NCBI GenBank assembly: GCA_041640455.1
Contig: JBEQAF010000013.1
Coordinates: forward strand, 1 to 35,070
Direction of reading: 5' to 3'
Origin: a bacterium
Lineage (GTDB): Bacteria > CALINM01
Length of the DNA: 35,070 nt
The stretch's first letter is position 1. The number at the start of each line of letters is the position of its first letter. The notes below the pieces were generated by a model, which did not search any database, was not told the origin of the DNA, and saw only the letters and a program-made list of their open reading frames with translations. The position numbers and the translations under genes were made by a program. Below, one piece after another: positions 1-8,412 of the stretch.

Positions 1-344
1 GGAAGAACGAGATAGATAGCTATGAGGGGTACTATGCCAGTGTGTTTTATAGCTACTTTGCGTCGCTGGGGCTGGATGTGAGATGTGAGGATACGACCAG
101 TTATGGCAAGATAGACATGGCGGTAGTGTTAAGACATGGGGTATTTATCTTTGAGTTTAAGCTGATAAAGGGTAAGGGAGAAGGTAGTGCGCTTAAACAG
201 ATAAAAGAGAGAGGCTATGCGGAAAAATACAGGTCTTTAGGTCTTCCCATCTATCTTGTAGGTATTGAGTTTGACAGGAAAAGGAGAAATATAAAGAGGT
301 TTGAATGGGAGGCTTGTCGTAGAAGTGTGAGAGGTGTAGGTTAG
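1..344 (+). CDS. AAA-ATPase-like / PD-(D/E)XK nuclease domain protein (PDDEXK_9/DUF1703 type), 5'-truncated by window edge
   Basis: Frame open from nt 3: KNEIDSYEGYYASVFYSYFASLG..ED.TSYGKIDM...FIFEFK...ALKQIKERGYAEKY...LVGIEF, the characteristic C-terminus of this family. Confidence 0.85.
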   Translation, partial: KNEIDSYEGYYASVFYSYFASLGLDVRCEDTTSYGKIDMAVVLRHGVFIFEFKLIKGKGEGSALKQIKERGYAEKYRSLGLPIYLVGIEFDRKRRNIKRFEWEACRRSVRGVG

Positions 345-444
345 GGCTTTAACAATAAAATAGACATTTGATATAGACATATTTACCAGTCTGGAATGGA
401 TTAAGTAATATGTTAAATATTTCAGCAGATTAAAAAATTTTGTT

Positions 445-473
445 TTGACTTTTTTACCAAATAGTTTTTTAAT
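445..473 (+). promoter_or_regulatory. Putative sigma70 promoter for cooT (leaderless transcript)
   Basis: TTGACT (445-450), 17 nt, TTTAAT (468-473); ATG at 480; no SD upstream of the ATG. Confidence 0.5.
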
Positions 474-479
474 AAAAAT

Positions 480-671
480 ATGTGTGAATCAAACGTATTT
501 ATAAAAAAAGGTGAAAAAGAAGAGCTTTTTTACAAAGAGGCAGTCAGGATAGTTCCTCTGGGCAATGAAGAGTTTTTAATAGAAGGGCTTCTTGATGAGC
601 CAAAGAAGATCTCTGGTGTTATTAAAGAGATCAATCTTGTGGGACATAAAATTATCTTTGAAAAAAAGTAA
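480..671 (+). CDS. cooT: CooT family nickel-binding protein
   Basis: 63 aa, starts MCESNVF (Cys2), ends I.EINLVGHKII; size and termini match the CooT family. Confidence 0.8.
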   Translation: MCESNVFIKKGEKEELFYKEAVRIVPLGNEEFLIEGLLDEPKKISGVIKEINLVGHKIIFEKK

Positions 672-680
672 ATAGTGTTA

Positions 681-766
681 AGGCCGGGGGTGCTTTTTAG
701 CTGAGAGTCTCCTCTGGAGACGACTCCTTGAACCTGATTCGGGTAATGCCGACGTAGGGAAGGTCA
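681..766 (+). ncRNA. TPP (THI-box) riboswitch aptamer
   Basis: GGGGTGC...GCTGAGA...CCTTGAACCTGAT.CGGGTAATGCCGACGTAGGGAA core motifs; P1 GGCC(682-685)/GGTC(762-765); directly upstream of the thi genes. Confidence 0.95.
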
Positions 767-822
767 GATATGCCTATATATCTCAGTCTATCTTTCCTTT
801 TCACACCCCCAGAAGTTATTTT

Positions 823-1647
823 ATGAAAATTAAAGTTAACGAAAAGCAGCTTTCTGTATTCAGTGGAACCAGTCTTTTTGAACTTAAAGAAAGGATAAAG
901 CCTGATGCAGATATTGTAATCTACAACGGTTTTCCCCTCAGAGAAGATATTATCTTAAAAGATGGCGATGAGGTAACTTTTATCAAAAGAGGAGAGATTC
1001 CTTCAAGGGAAGAACTTGAATATTTAATGGTGGCAAGGCATACACCTAAGATATATTCAAAGCTGAAAGAAAGCTCAGTAGGTATCGCCGGTTGCGGCGG
1101 GCTCGGCTCCAATGTGGCAATAAATCTTGCCAGAGTTGGGGTGGGTAGGCTTGTGATAGCAGATTTTGATATTGTTGAACCTTCCAATCTTAATAGACAG
1201 CAGTATTTCATAGATCAGATAGGTAGAGAAAAGGTTTTTGCCCTTAAAGAAAACATTGAGCGGATAAACCCTTTCATAAGGATAGAACCCCACAATGTAA
1301 TGTTAACTCCTGAAAACATTCCCCGGATATTTTCTAACTGCTCTGTAATAGTAGAAGCCTTTGACAGGGCTGATATGAAAACCATGATAATAAATACAGT
1401 GATTGAAAAAATGGCGGACATACCTATAGTTGCCGCTTCTGGACTTGCTGGATATGGTGCCAATAATACTATTAAAACAAGGCGACTTTCAAAGGGGCTT
1501 TATGTGGTAGGGGATCTGGTTTCGGAAGCAAAACCTGGTCAGGGGCTGATGGCACCAAGGGTAGCCTTAGCAGCAGCTCATCAGGCAAATCAGGTGCTAA
1601 GAATACTTCTTGGTGAAGAAGACGAAAAGGAGTTTGAAGAGATATGA
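823..1647 (+). CDS. thiF: ThiS adenylyltransferase ThiF with N-terminal ThiS-like ubiquitin domain
   Basis: N-terminal ~57 aa ubiquitin-like segment (MKIKVNEK...LKDGDEVTFIKRG), then GIAGCGGLGS, DFDIVEPSNLNRQ, EAFD. Confidence 0.93.
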   Translation: MKIKVNEKQLSVFSGTSLFELKERIKPDADIVIYNGFPLREDIILKDGDEVTFIKRGEIPSREELEYLMVARHTPKIYSKLKESSVGIAGCGGLGSNVAINLARVGVGRLVIADFDIVEPSNLNRQQYFIDQIGREKVFALKENIERINPFIRIEPHNVMLTPENIPRIFSNCSVIVEAFDRADMKTMIINTVIEKMADIPIVAASGLAGYGANNTIKTRRLSKGLYVVGDLVSEAKPGQGLMAPRVALAAAHQANQVLRILLGEEDEKEFEEI

Positions 1648-2966
1648 AAAGAGTACTTATTATTGCGGGTTCAGATTCGTCCGGTGGTGCTGGTATTCAG
1701 GCAGACATAAAAACAGCATCTGCCATAGGGTTATACCCGCTTACAGTTATTACAGCAGTAACTGCTCAGAATACCAAAGGTGTTCAAAGGATTCATCTTC
1801 TGTCTCCGGAGGATGTTAAATATCAGATTGATGCTATTGCAGATGATATAGATTTTGATGTTATTAAAGTTGGTATGCTTGGGAGCTATGAGATTGCCCG
1901 CAAAGTGATTGATTTTGTAAAGACTGTTAAAAAGCCGGTTATCCTTGATCCGGTAATGTTTGCTCAGAGCGGTAGCAGGCTTACACCGGAGGATATTTTT
2001 TATGAGATTATGAAATATTCCTATCTGGCAACTCCAAATTTTTATGAAACCCAGCAACTGACAGGAATGAATATAGCAAGTCTGAAAGATGTCAAAGAAG
2101 CGGCAAAAAAACTTTGTAACTACGCACCAAGAGTGCTTATAAAATGTGGAGATTCAAAGCTTGACTATGATGTTTTTTACGATGGCTATGAGTTTTATGA
2201 GTTTAAGATTCAAAGAATAAATACTGTAAACAGCCATGGTACCGGGTGCAGTCTTGCCACAGCTATAGCCTCCTATCTTGCACTTAACGGAGATATTCTT
2301 GGAGCAGTTAAAATGGGGAGAGAGTTTGTGTTCAATGCCATTAAAAACGGGATACCTTTAGGCTCCCAGTTTGGTACAGTAAATCAGATGGGAGAGCTTT
2401 ATAAAAACTCTCACAGATTTTACTGTGTGTCAAAACTTAATGAGGCATTTCAGCTGCTTAAGGAGCTAAAAATTGGCAGGCTGCTACCAGAGATCCAGTC
2501 AAATCTTGTTTATTCTATTTTAGAGCCAGCAGGGATAGATGATGTAGCTGGTTTTAAAGGAAGAATAATCTCTATGGGTGAAGATATCTTTACACCATCC
2601 TGTCCCCAGTTTGGAGGGTCAAAGCATATTGCAAGGGTTCTCCTCACTGCCAAAAGCTTTTTCCCTGAACTAAACTCAGCTATGGCTTTAAGATATGATA
2701 GAAGGGTGGTTGATCAGATTAAAAAGGCTGGATTTAATACTGCCTTTTTTGATAGAAAGAAAGAGCCAAAGGAGGTAAGAGAGAAGGAAGGTAGCTCTCT
2801 TGACTGGGGGGTAAAGGTTGCCTGTAAAGGGCTTGATAGATATCCGGATTTTATATATGACGAAGGCGGGATGGGGAAAGAGCCAGTAATACGAGTGCTT
2901 GGCAAAGATCCATTTGAGATAGTTGAAAAGATTAAAAAAATAAAGGTTTTTTACAAAAATGTTTGA
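1644..2966 (+). CDS. thiDN: Bifunctional HMP/HMP-P kinase ThiD fused to ThiN-type thiamine-phosphate synthase
   Basis: IAGSDSSGGAGIQADIKT, DPVM, TPN, HGTGC; C-terminal PEIQSN, GRI, FGGSKHIAR, FDR..EP..EGSS..WG, D.GGMGKEP of ThiN. Confidence 0.92.
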   Translation: MKRVLIIAGSDSSGGAGIQADIKTASAIGLYPLTVITAVTAQNTKGVQRIHLLSPEDVKYQIDAIADDIDFDVIKVGMLGSYEIARKVIDFVKTVKKPVILDPVMFAQSGSRLTPEDIFYEIMKYSYLATPNFYETQQLTGMNIASLKDVKEAAKKLCNYAPRVLIKCGDSKLDYDVFYDGYEFYEFKIQRINTVNSHGTGCSLATAIASYLALNGDILGAVKMGREFVFNAIKNGIPLGSQFGTVNQMGELYKNSHRFYCVSKLNEAFQLLKELKIGRLLPEIQSNLVYSILEPAGIDDVAGFKGRIISMGEDIFTPSCPQFGGSKHIARVLLTAKSFFPELNSAMALRYDRRVVDQIKKAGFNTAFFDRKKEPKEVREKEGSSLDWGVKVACKGLDRYPDFIYDEGGMGKEPVIRVLGKDPFEIVEKIKKIKVFYKNV

Positions 2967-4278
2967 TTTTAAGCTTATTGAAGAGCTTTCAAAGGAAAGC
3001 ATTGTCCCAGAAAAAGGAAGATTACAAAAGATTCTGGAAAGAGCTCTGGCGCTAAAACCTCTTGAGCCAGAAGAGCAGGCTTATCTACTCTCGGTAGAAA
3101 TTGAGGAAGATTTAAGACTTTTACAGGAGACCGCACTGACAGTTAAAAGAAAGGTTTTTGGAGATCGGGTAGTGCTTTTTGCTCCCCTTTATCTGTCCAA
3201 TGAATGTGTGAATAGATGCATCTACTGCGGTTTCCAGAATGGAAATACCTATGAAAAGAGAAAGACCCTTACAAAAGAAGAAGCTCTGACGGAGGCAAAA
3301 TATCTTGTAAAAAGGGGCTTTAAAAGGGCACTTCTGGTAACGGCAGAAAATAGCAAAAAGTGTGGAGTAGACTATCTTACAGAAGTAGTAAGATATCTCT
3401 ACAAGCATTCAGACTTAAGGATACTTCATCTTAATGCAGCCCCTATGGAGACAGGGGAGCTTGCTGCTCTGAAAAAAGAGGGGATAGGTGTATTTCAGGT
3501 TTTTCAGGAGACATACCACAAAGAGACCTATGAAAAACTCCATATAAAGGGAAGAAAAACCGATTTTGATTATCGATTAACAGCCATGAACAGAGCTTTA
3601 GAGGCAGGTTTTAAAGATGTGGGGATAGGAGCCCTTTTAGGTTTGTATGATTATAAGTTTGATGTGCTTGCCTGTATTGCTCATAGTTTTTATCTTAAAA
3701 AACATTATGATACCTTCCCGCATACCATATCAGTTCCGAGATTTAGATATGCCAAAGGGGCTATTATGGAAAAACCCTCTTATCCAGTTGATGACAAAAC
3801 CTTCAAGAAGATTGTGGCTGTTTATAGATTATCTGTGCCAACTGCAGGTATTGTAGTCTCAACCAGAGAACCTGCAGGTCTCAGAGATGAGATACTCTGC
3901 TACGGAGCGTCTCAGATAAGCGCAGAATCAAAAACTTCTCCAGGCGGATATACTCATCTGATTGAGGAAGAGGATGCTTCACAGTTTAGTCTGAACGATA
4001 CAAGGAGTCTCGAAGATGTAGTGATATCAATACTTGAAAAGGGGTTTCTGCCCAGCTTCTGCACAGCCTGCTACAAAACCGAAAGGGTAGGAGGAACTTT
4101 TCATCGGATGGCTGAGTCCGGAGTTATGAAGAATTTTTGCAAAAAAAATGCGCTTAATACCTTTTTTGAATATCTAAATAATCTGGAAAATCAAGAGGTC
4201 AGAGAAAGAATGTTAAAAATTATCAATAAGAATAAGGATTTTTTTTCAGCATCTTCACAAAAGGAGAGGCTTTTATGA
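2959..4278 (+). CDS. Radical SAM tyrosine lyase, HydG-like sequence in the thiH position
   Basis: FAPLYLSNEC83xxxC87xxC90; FQETYH; PH255TISVPR; STRE; C-terminal C368xxC371-x22-C394; lies between thiD and thiS/thiG. Confidence 0.88.
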   Translation: MFDFKLIEELSKESIVPEKGRLQKILERALALKPLEPEEQAYLLSVEIEEDLRLLQETALTVKRKVFGDRVVLFAPLYLSNECVNRCIYCGFQNGNTYEKRKTLTKEEALTEAKYLVKRGFKRALLVTAENSKKCGVDYLTEVVRYLYKHSDLRILHLNAAPMETGELAALKKEGIGVFQVFQETYHKETYEKLHIKGRKTDFDYRLTAMNRALEAGFKDVGIGALLGLYDYKFDVLACIAHSFYLKKHYDTFPHTISVPRFRYAKGAIMEKPSYPVDDKTFKKIVAVYRLSVPTAGIVVSTREPAGLRDEILCYGASQISAESKTSPGGYTHLIEEEDASQFSLNDTRSLEDVVISILEKGFLPSFCTACYKTERVGGTFHRMAESGVMKNFCKKNALNTFFEYLNNLENQEVRERMLKIINKNKDFFSASSQKERLL

Positions 4279-4475
4279 GAGTAATAATTAACGGTAAGGA
4301 AAGGGAGATACCTGAAAATACCAATATTCCTGCCCTTATCAGGCTTCTCAATATAAAAACTCCCTATCTGGCAATTGAGCTCAACAGGGAGATTGCAAAA
4401 AAATCTGCATGGGATAATATTTTTCTGAAAGAAGGAGACAAAATAGAGATAGTTACCTTTGTAGGAGGCGGATAA
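4275..4475 (+). CDS. thiS: Sulfur carrier protein ThiS
   Basis: 66 aa ending EIVTFVGGG. Confidence 0.96.
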   Translation: MRVIINGKEREIPENTNIPALIRLLNIKTPYLAIELNREIAKKSAWDNIFLKEGDKIEIVTFVGGG

Positions 4476-4492
4476 AATTTGAGGAGGTATTT

Positions 4493-5263
4493 ATGGAAGA
4501 TCTATTAGAAATAGGCGGGAAAAAATTTAAGTCAAGACTTCTGGTCGGAACAGGAAAGTATGAAACGCCAGAGCTGATGCTGGGTGCTATAAAAGAGTCA
4601 GGTGCTGAGGTAGTTACGGTAGCTTTAAGAAGGATTAATATTGAAGGGCAGCAGAGAACTATTCTGGACTATCTTTCTGAGCTTAATGTGACCATACTAC
4701 CTAATACAGCAGCCTGTTATACGGCTGATGAAGCCATAAGAACAGCCATGCTTGCAAGAGAGATGGGGCTTTCTAATATGATTAAACTGGAAGTTATTGG
4801 AGATAAAAAAACCCTTTTTCCAGATAATGAGGCACTTATTGAAGCAGCAAAGGTGCTGGTAAAGGAAGGTTTTATAGTGCTCCCCTATACAACTGATGAT
4901 CCGGTGGTGGCAAAAAAACTTGAAGACATTGGCTGCGCTGCAGTAATGCCCCTCGGTGCACCTATCGGTTCTGGTCTTGGCATAAGAAATCCTTACAATA
5001 TTAAGATTATTCTTGAGACTGTTAAAGTGCCTGTTATAGTGGATGCAGGTGTTGGGACAGCCTCTGATGCAGCCATAGCAATGGAGTTAGGAGCCAGCGG
5101 AGTTTTAATGAATACAGGTATTGCAGCTGCAAAGAATCCTGTAAAGATGGCAAGGGCTATGAAACTCGCCGTTGAAGCGGGGAGACTTGCCTATCTGGCA
5201 GGCAGAATGCCCAAAAGGCTTTATGCTACCGCATCAAGTCCGCTGACAGATCTGATTGAATAA
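4493..5263 (+). CDS. thiG: Thiazole synthase
   Basis: [47 protein letters not shown]. Confidence 0.97.
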   Translation: MEDLLEIGGKKFKSRLLVGTGKYETPELMLGAIKESGAEVVTVALRRINIEGQQRTILDYLSELNVTILPNTAACYTADEAIRTAMLAREMGLSNMIKLEVIGDKKTLFPDNEALIEAAKVLVKEGFIVLPYTTDDPVVAKKLEDIGCAAVMPLGAPIGSGLGIRNPYNIKIILETVKVPVIVDAGVGTASDAAIAMELGASGVLMNTGIAAAKNPVKMARAMKLAVEAGRLAYLAGRMPKRLYATASSPLTDLIE

Positions 5264-5859
5264 TGGAGCGTATATACATTGTTACTGACCGAAAGCTTGC
5301 GGGAGATAGATTTTTTGAAATTATAAAAAATCTTGTTAGGGAAGGATACCGTTTTATCCAGCTGAGAGAAAATGACCTGTCAGCCCAAAAGCTAAGCATT
5401 ATGATAGAAAAGATTTTGGATATCACCGGTGGGCAGATAAAGCTTGTAATTAATGACAGGGCAGATCTGGCAAAGATTTATCAGCTTTATGGAGTGCAGC
5501 TAAAAGAGATAAGCCCAAAACCAGAACTGATAAAAAAAATATTTGGCGAGCTCATGGTTGGTGTATCCTGCCACAACACAGAAAGAGCGACAGAAAATCA
5601 GAAATGGGCAGATTTTTTTGTGTATGGCAATGTTTTTGAAACGGAATGTAAAGCTGGGCTTCCTGGCAGGGGGATAGATGGACTAAAAGATATTTTAAAA
5701 GCTACTGAAAAGCCTGTTTATGCCATTGGCGGAATAAACTCAGATAATGCCATGCTGGTAAAACAATCAGGGGGATATGGGGTAGCCCTAAGAAGTCTTG
5801 TTTTTGGTAATAAAGACTATCTTAAAGAGCTCGAAAAAATTAGAAATATATGGAGTTAA
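5263..5859 (+). CDS. ThiE/TenI family protein, TenI-like
   Basis: QLRE, LVIND, GVSCH, FETECK.GLPGRG, AIGGI; lacks the ThiE GxHxGQxD segment. Confidence 0.8.
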   Translation: MERIYIVTDRKLAGDRFFEIIKNLVREGYRFIQLRENDLSAQKLSIMIEKILDITGGQIKLVINDRADLAKIYQLYGVQLKEISPKPELIKKIFGELMVGVSCHNTERATENQKWADFFVYGNVFETECKAGLPGRGIDGLKDILKATEKPVYAIGGINSDNAMLVKQSGGYGVALRSLVFGNKDYLKELEKIRNIWS

Positions 5860-5860
5860 A

Positions 5861-7105
5861 ATGGAAGAGCTGATCAGATTAATAAGTGAAGACGAAGAGA
5901 TTAGCCCAGAAGAGATTAGACAGGGCATACATGAAGGCTCAATCATTCTGGTAAAAAATATTAAGAGAGACATAAAACCCTTAGCTATTGGGAAGCCTCT
6001 TTCTGTTAAAATAAATGCCAATATCGGCACATCTCATTATTCAGTAGATATAGAAGAAGAGCTCAAAAAGCTTGAAATCTGTGAGAAATTTGGAGCTGAT
6101 GCGGTTATGGATCTGTCCACAGGGGGAGATCTTAAAAAAATCAGAAAGGAGATATTATCAGCAACCAAACTCCCGCTGGGCACTGTTCCTATTTACGAGA
6201 TTGCATATGAGCTCATGGTAAAAAAGGGGATGGCTATTGAAAAGATGGATATAGATGTCTTTTTAGAGGTGATTGAGGAGCAGGCTGCAGAAGGTGTAGA
6301 TTTTATGACCATCCATGCAGGACTAACAAGAGAGTGTGTTAAAAGACTTAAGAATAGAAAAAGGACACTCGGAGTGGTTTCAAGAGGTGGTTCACTGCTT
6401 GTAGAGTGGATGGAAAAACATAATAAGGAGAACCCCCTTTATGAGCATTTTGACAGGATACTTGACATTGCAAAAAAATATAATGTAACCATGAGTTTAG
6501 GAGATGGGCTAAGACCGGGCTCTACGCTGGATGCCACTGATGGCGGACAGATTCAGGAGCTCATTATTCTTGGAGAGCTTGTTCGTGCTTGCAGAGAGAA
6601 AGGTGTGCCAGTGATGGTGGAAGGCCCCGGACATGTGCCCATTGATCAGATTGAAACCAATATAAAACTTGAGAAAAACCTGTGCGACAATGCCCCTTTC
6701 TATGTATTGGGACCCCTTGTAACCGATATAGGAGCTGGTTACGACCACATTACTGCTGCCATAGGAGGTGCCTGGGCAGCCTATTTCGGAGCCGATTTTC
6801 TGTGTTATGTAACACCAGCAGAACATCTTTCCCTGCCCACAGCAGAGGATGTAAAGGAGGGAGTTATTGCATTAAAGCTTGCTGCTCATTCTGCAGATCT
6901 TGCAAGGGGGAATAAAAAAGCCTGGAGAAGAGAGCTGGAGATGAGCAGAGCAAGAAGAGAGCTTAACTGGGAAAGACAGGTCTCTTTTACATTAAATCCA
7001 CAAAAGGCAAAAAATATGTTAGGTGACAGGATAAAAAGTGAATCTCCCTGCTCCATGTGCGGAGATCTATGCGCCATTAAAACTTCTGGCAGATGCCATA
7101 TTTAG
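5861..7105 (+). CDS. thiC: Phosphomethylpyrimidine synthase
   Basis: KINANIGTS, MDLSTGGD, SRGGS, SLGDGLRPG, EGPGHVP, GYDH, CSMCGDLC; start moved from 5798 to ATG 5861 (GGAG SD, just after the preceding stop). Confidence 0.95.
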   Translation: MEELIRLISEDEEISPEEIRQGIHEGSIILVKNIKRDIKPLAIGKPLSVKINANIGTSHYSVDIEEELKKLEICEKFGADAVMDLSTGGDLKKIRKEILSATKLPLGTVPIYEIAYELMVKKGMAIEKMDIDVFLEVIEEQAAEGVDFMTIHAGLTRECVKRLKNRKRTLGVVSRGGSLLVEWMEKHNKENPLYEHFDRILDIAKKYNVTMSLGDGLRPGSTLDATDGGQIQELIILGELVRACREKGVPVMVEGPGHVPIDQIETNIKLEKNLCDNAPFYVLGPLVTDIGAGYDHITAAIGGAWAAYFGADFLCYVTPAEHLSLPTAEDVKEGVIALKLAAHSADLARGNKKAWRRELEMSRARRELNWERQVSFTLNPQKAKNMLGDRIKSESPCSMCGDLCAIKTSGRCHI

Positions 7106-8412
7106 AGTTGAAACTGCTCAAGTAAAGAAAGACCTATCTTTAAGGTGGTATCTATATCCCTTCGTTCCTGTTGGTTTACAAAGATCCTTTCAAACCTTTC
7201 TGCAAAATCAATAATTTTTTGTTCCTTTTCGGGCATTCCTTCTCTGCCTGCTATCTGTTCAAGCTTTCTTAGCTCGATCCCCTTTGAATACAATCTGTAA
7301 AGGTTGCTGGCAATATGTCTATGCTCAGGATGGGTTTTTCCTGCTCCAATTCCTCTGTTCATTAGCCTTGAAAGGCTTGGAAGCACATCTACGGGCGGAA
7401 AGATACCTTTCTGGTGCAGCTCTCTTGATAATACAATCTGCCCCTCCGTAATATATCCTGTAAGATCAGGAATAGGGTGGGTAATATCATCCTCAGGCAT
7501 GGTAAGTACTGGAAGGATGGTAATAGAGCCACTTTTTTCCCTTATTCTTCCTGCCCGTTCATATAATGAGGCAAGATCTGAATACATATAACCGGGATAT
7601 CCTCTCCTGCCAGGTAACTCTTCTCTTGCTGTAGAGATCTCTCTAAGTGCATCACAGTAGTTGGTCATATCAGACATTACCACCAGCACATCAAACTGAT
7701 GCTCAAAGGCAAGATATTCTGCCACGCAGAGTCCATATCTGGGTGCAAGTAAGCGCTCTATGGTGGGGCTGTCGGAAAGATTGACAAAGGCAACAAAAGG
7801 CGTGTTCATGGATTTTATAGTATCCATGTAATGGGAGTAGTCAAAAAAGGAAAGTCCTATGGCTACAAAAATTATGCAGAATCTGAAGGAATCTTTAATC
7901 TTTGCATTTTTCAGTATAAATCTTACTATCTCCTTTGCTGGCAGTCCAGCACAGGAAAATATGGGAAGCTTCTGCCCCTTTACGAGGGTGTTTAAACCAT
8001 CAATGGTAGATATGCCCGTTTCGATAAAATCTGCAGGCGCCGCTCTCTGAATGGGGTTTATGGGATAGCCTGTAATAGTCATAAACTTCTCAGCCATAAA
8101 CATATCCATGCCATCAAGGGGTTTTAATGAGCTGCTAAATATTCTGTTAATAATCTGAAGTGAAAGAGGCATTTTAATAACATCATCCATAAAGAAAACC
8201 TCAGCAGAGGTTGAAAGACCACTCACATTAGAATATACCTGAATCAATGCTACATCTTTATCTATTTTCAAAACCTCTCCAAAACCAGTTGAACCATCAG
8301 GAAAGACAATCTTTACAATCTCTCCCAGCTTTGCTCTAAATACTTCTTTTACAAATAATAGCGAACCCTTTATCTCGCTTATGGTTTTATAACTTATCTC
8401 AAAAAGATTCAT
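7102..8412 (-). CDS. ntpB: A/V-type ATP synthase subunit B
   Basis: TGISTIDGLNTLVKGQKLPIFS, PGRRGYPGYMYSDLASLYERAG, THPIPDLTGYITEGQI, LPSLSRLM. Confidence 0.96.
   Translation of the reverse strand: MNLFEISYKTISEIKGSLLFVKEVFRAKLGEIVKIVFPDGSTGFGEVLKIDKDVALIQVYSNVSGLSTSAEVFFMDDVIKMPLSLQIINRIFSSSLKPLDGMDMFMAEKFMTITGYPINPIQRAAPADFIETGISTIDGLNTLVKGQKLPIFSCAGLPAKEIVRFILKNAKIKDSFRFCIIFVAIGLSFFDYSHYMDTIKSMNTPFVAFVNLSDSPTIERLLAPRYGLCVAEYLAFEHQFDVLVVMSDMTNYCDALREISTAREELPGRRGYPGYMYSDLASLYERAGRIREKSGSITILPVLTMPEDDITHPIPDLTGYITEGQIVLSRELHQKGIFPPVDVLPSLSRLMNRGIGAGKTHPEHRHIASNLYRLYSKGIELRKLEQIAGREGMPEKEQKIIDFAERFERIFVNQQERRDIDTTLKIGLSLLEQFQL

Noticed and set aside
361..380. Direct repeat TAGACAT x2 after the PD-(D/E)XK gene
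   Set aside because: Too short to be significant in AT-rich DNA; no transposase or terminal repeats nearby
5861..7105. ThiC paralog BzaA/B/F of cobamide synthesis
   Set aside because: Position in a TPP-riboswitch thi operon supports ThiC, and no cobamide genes lie nearby
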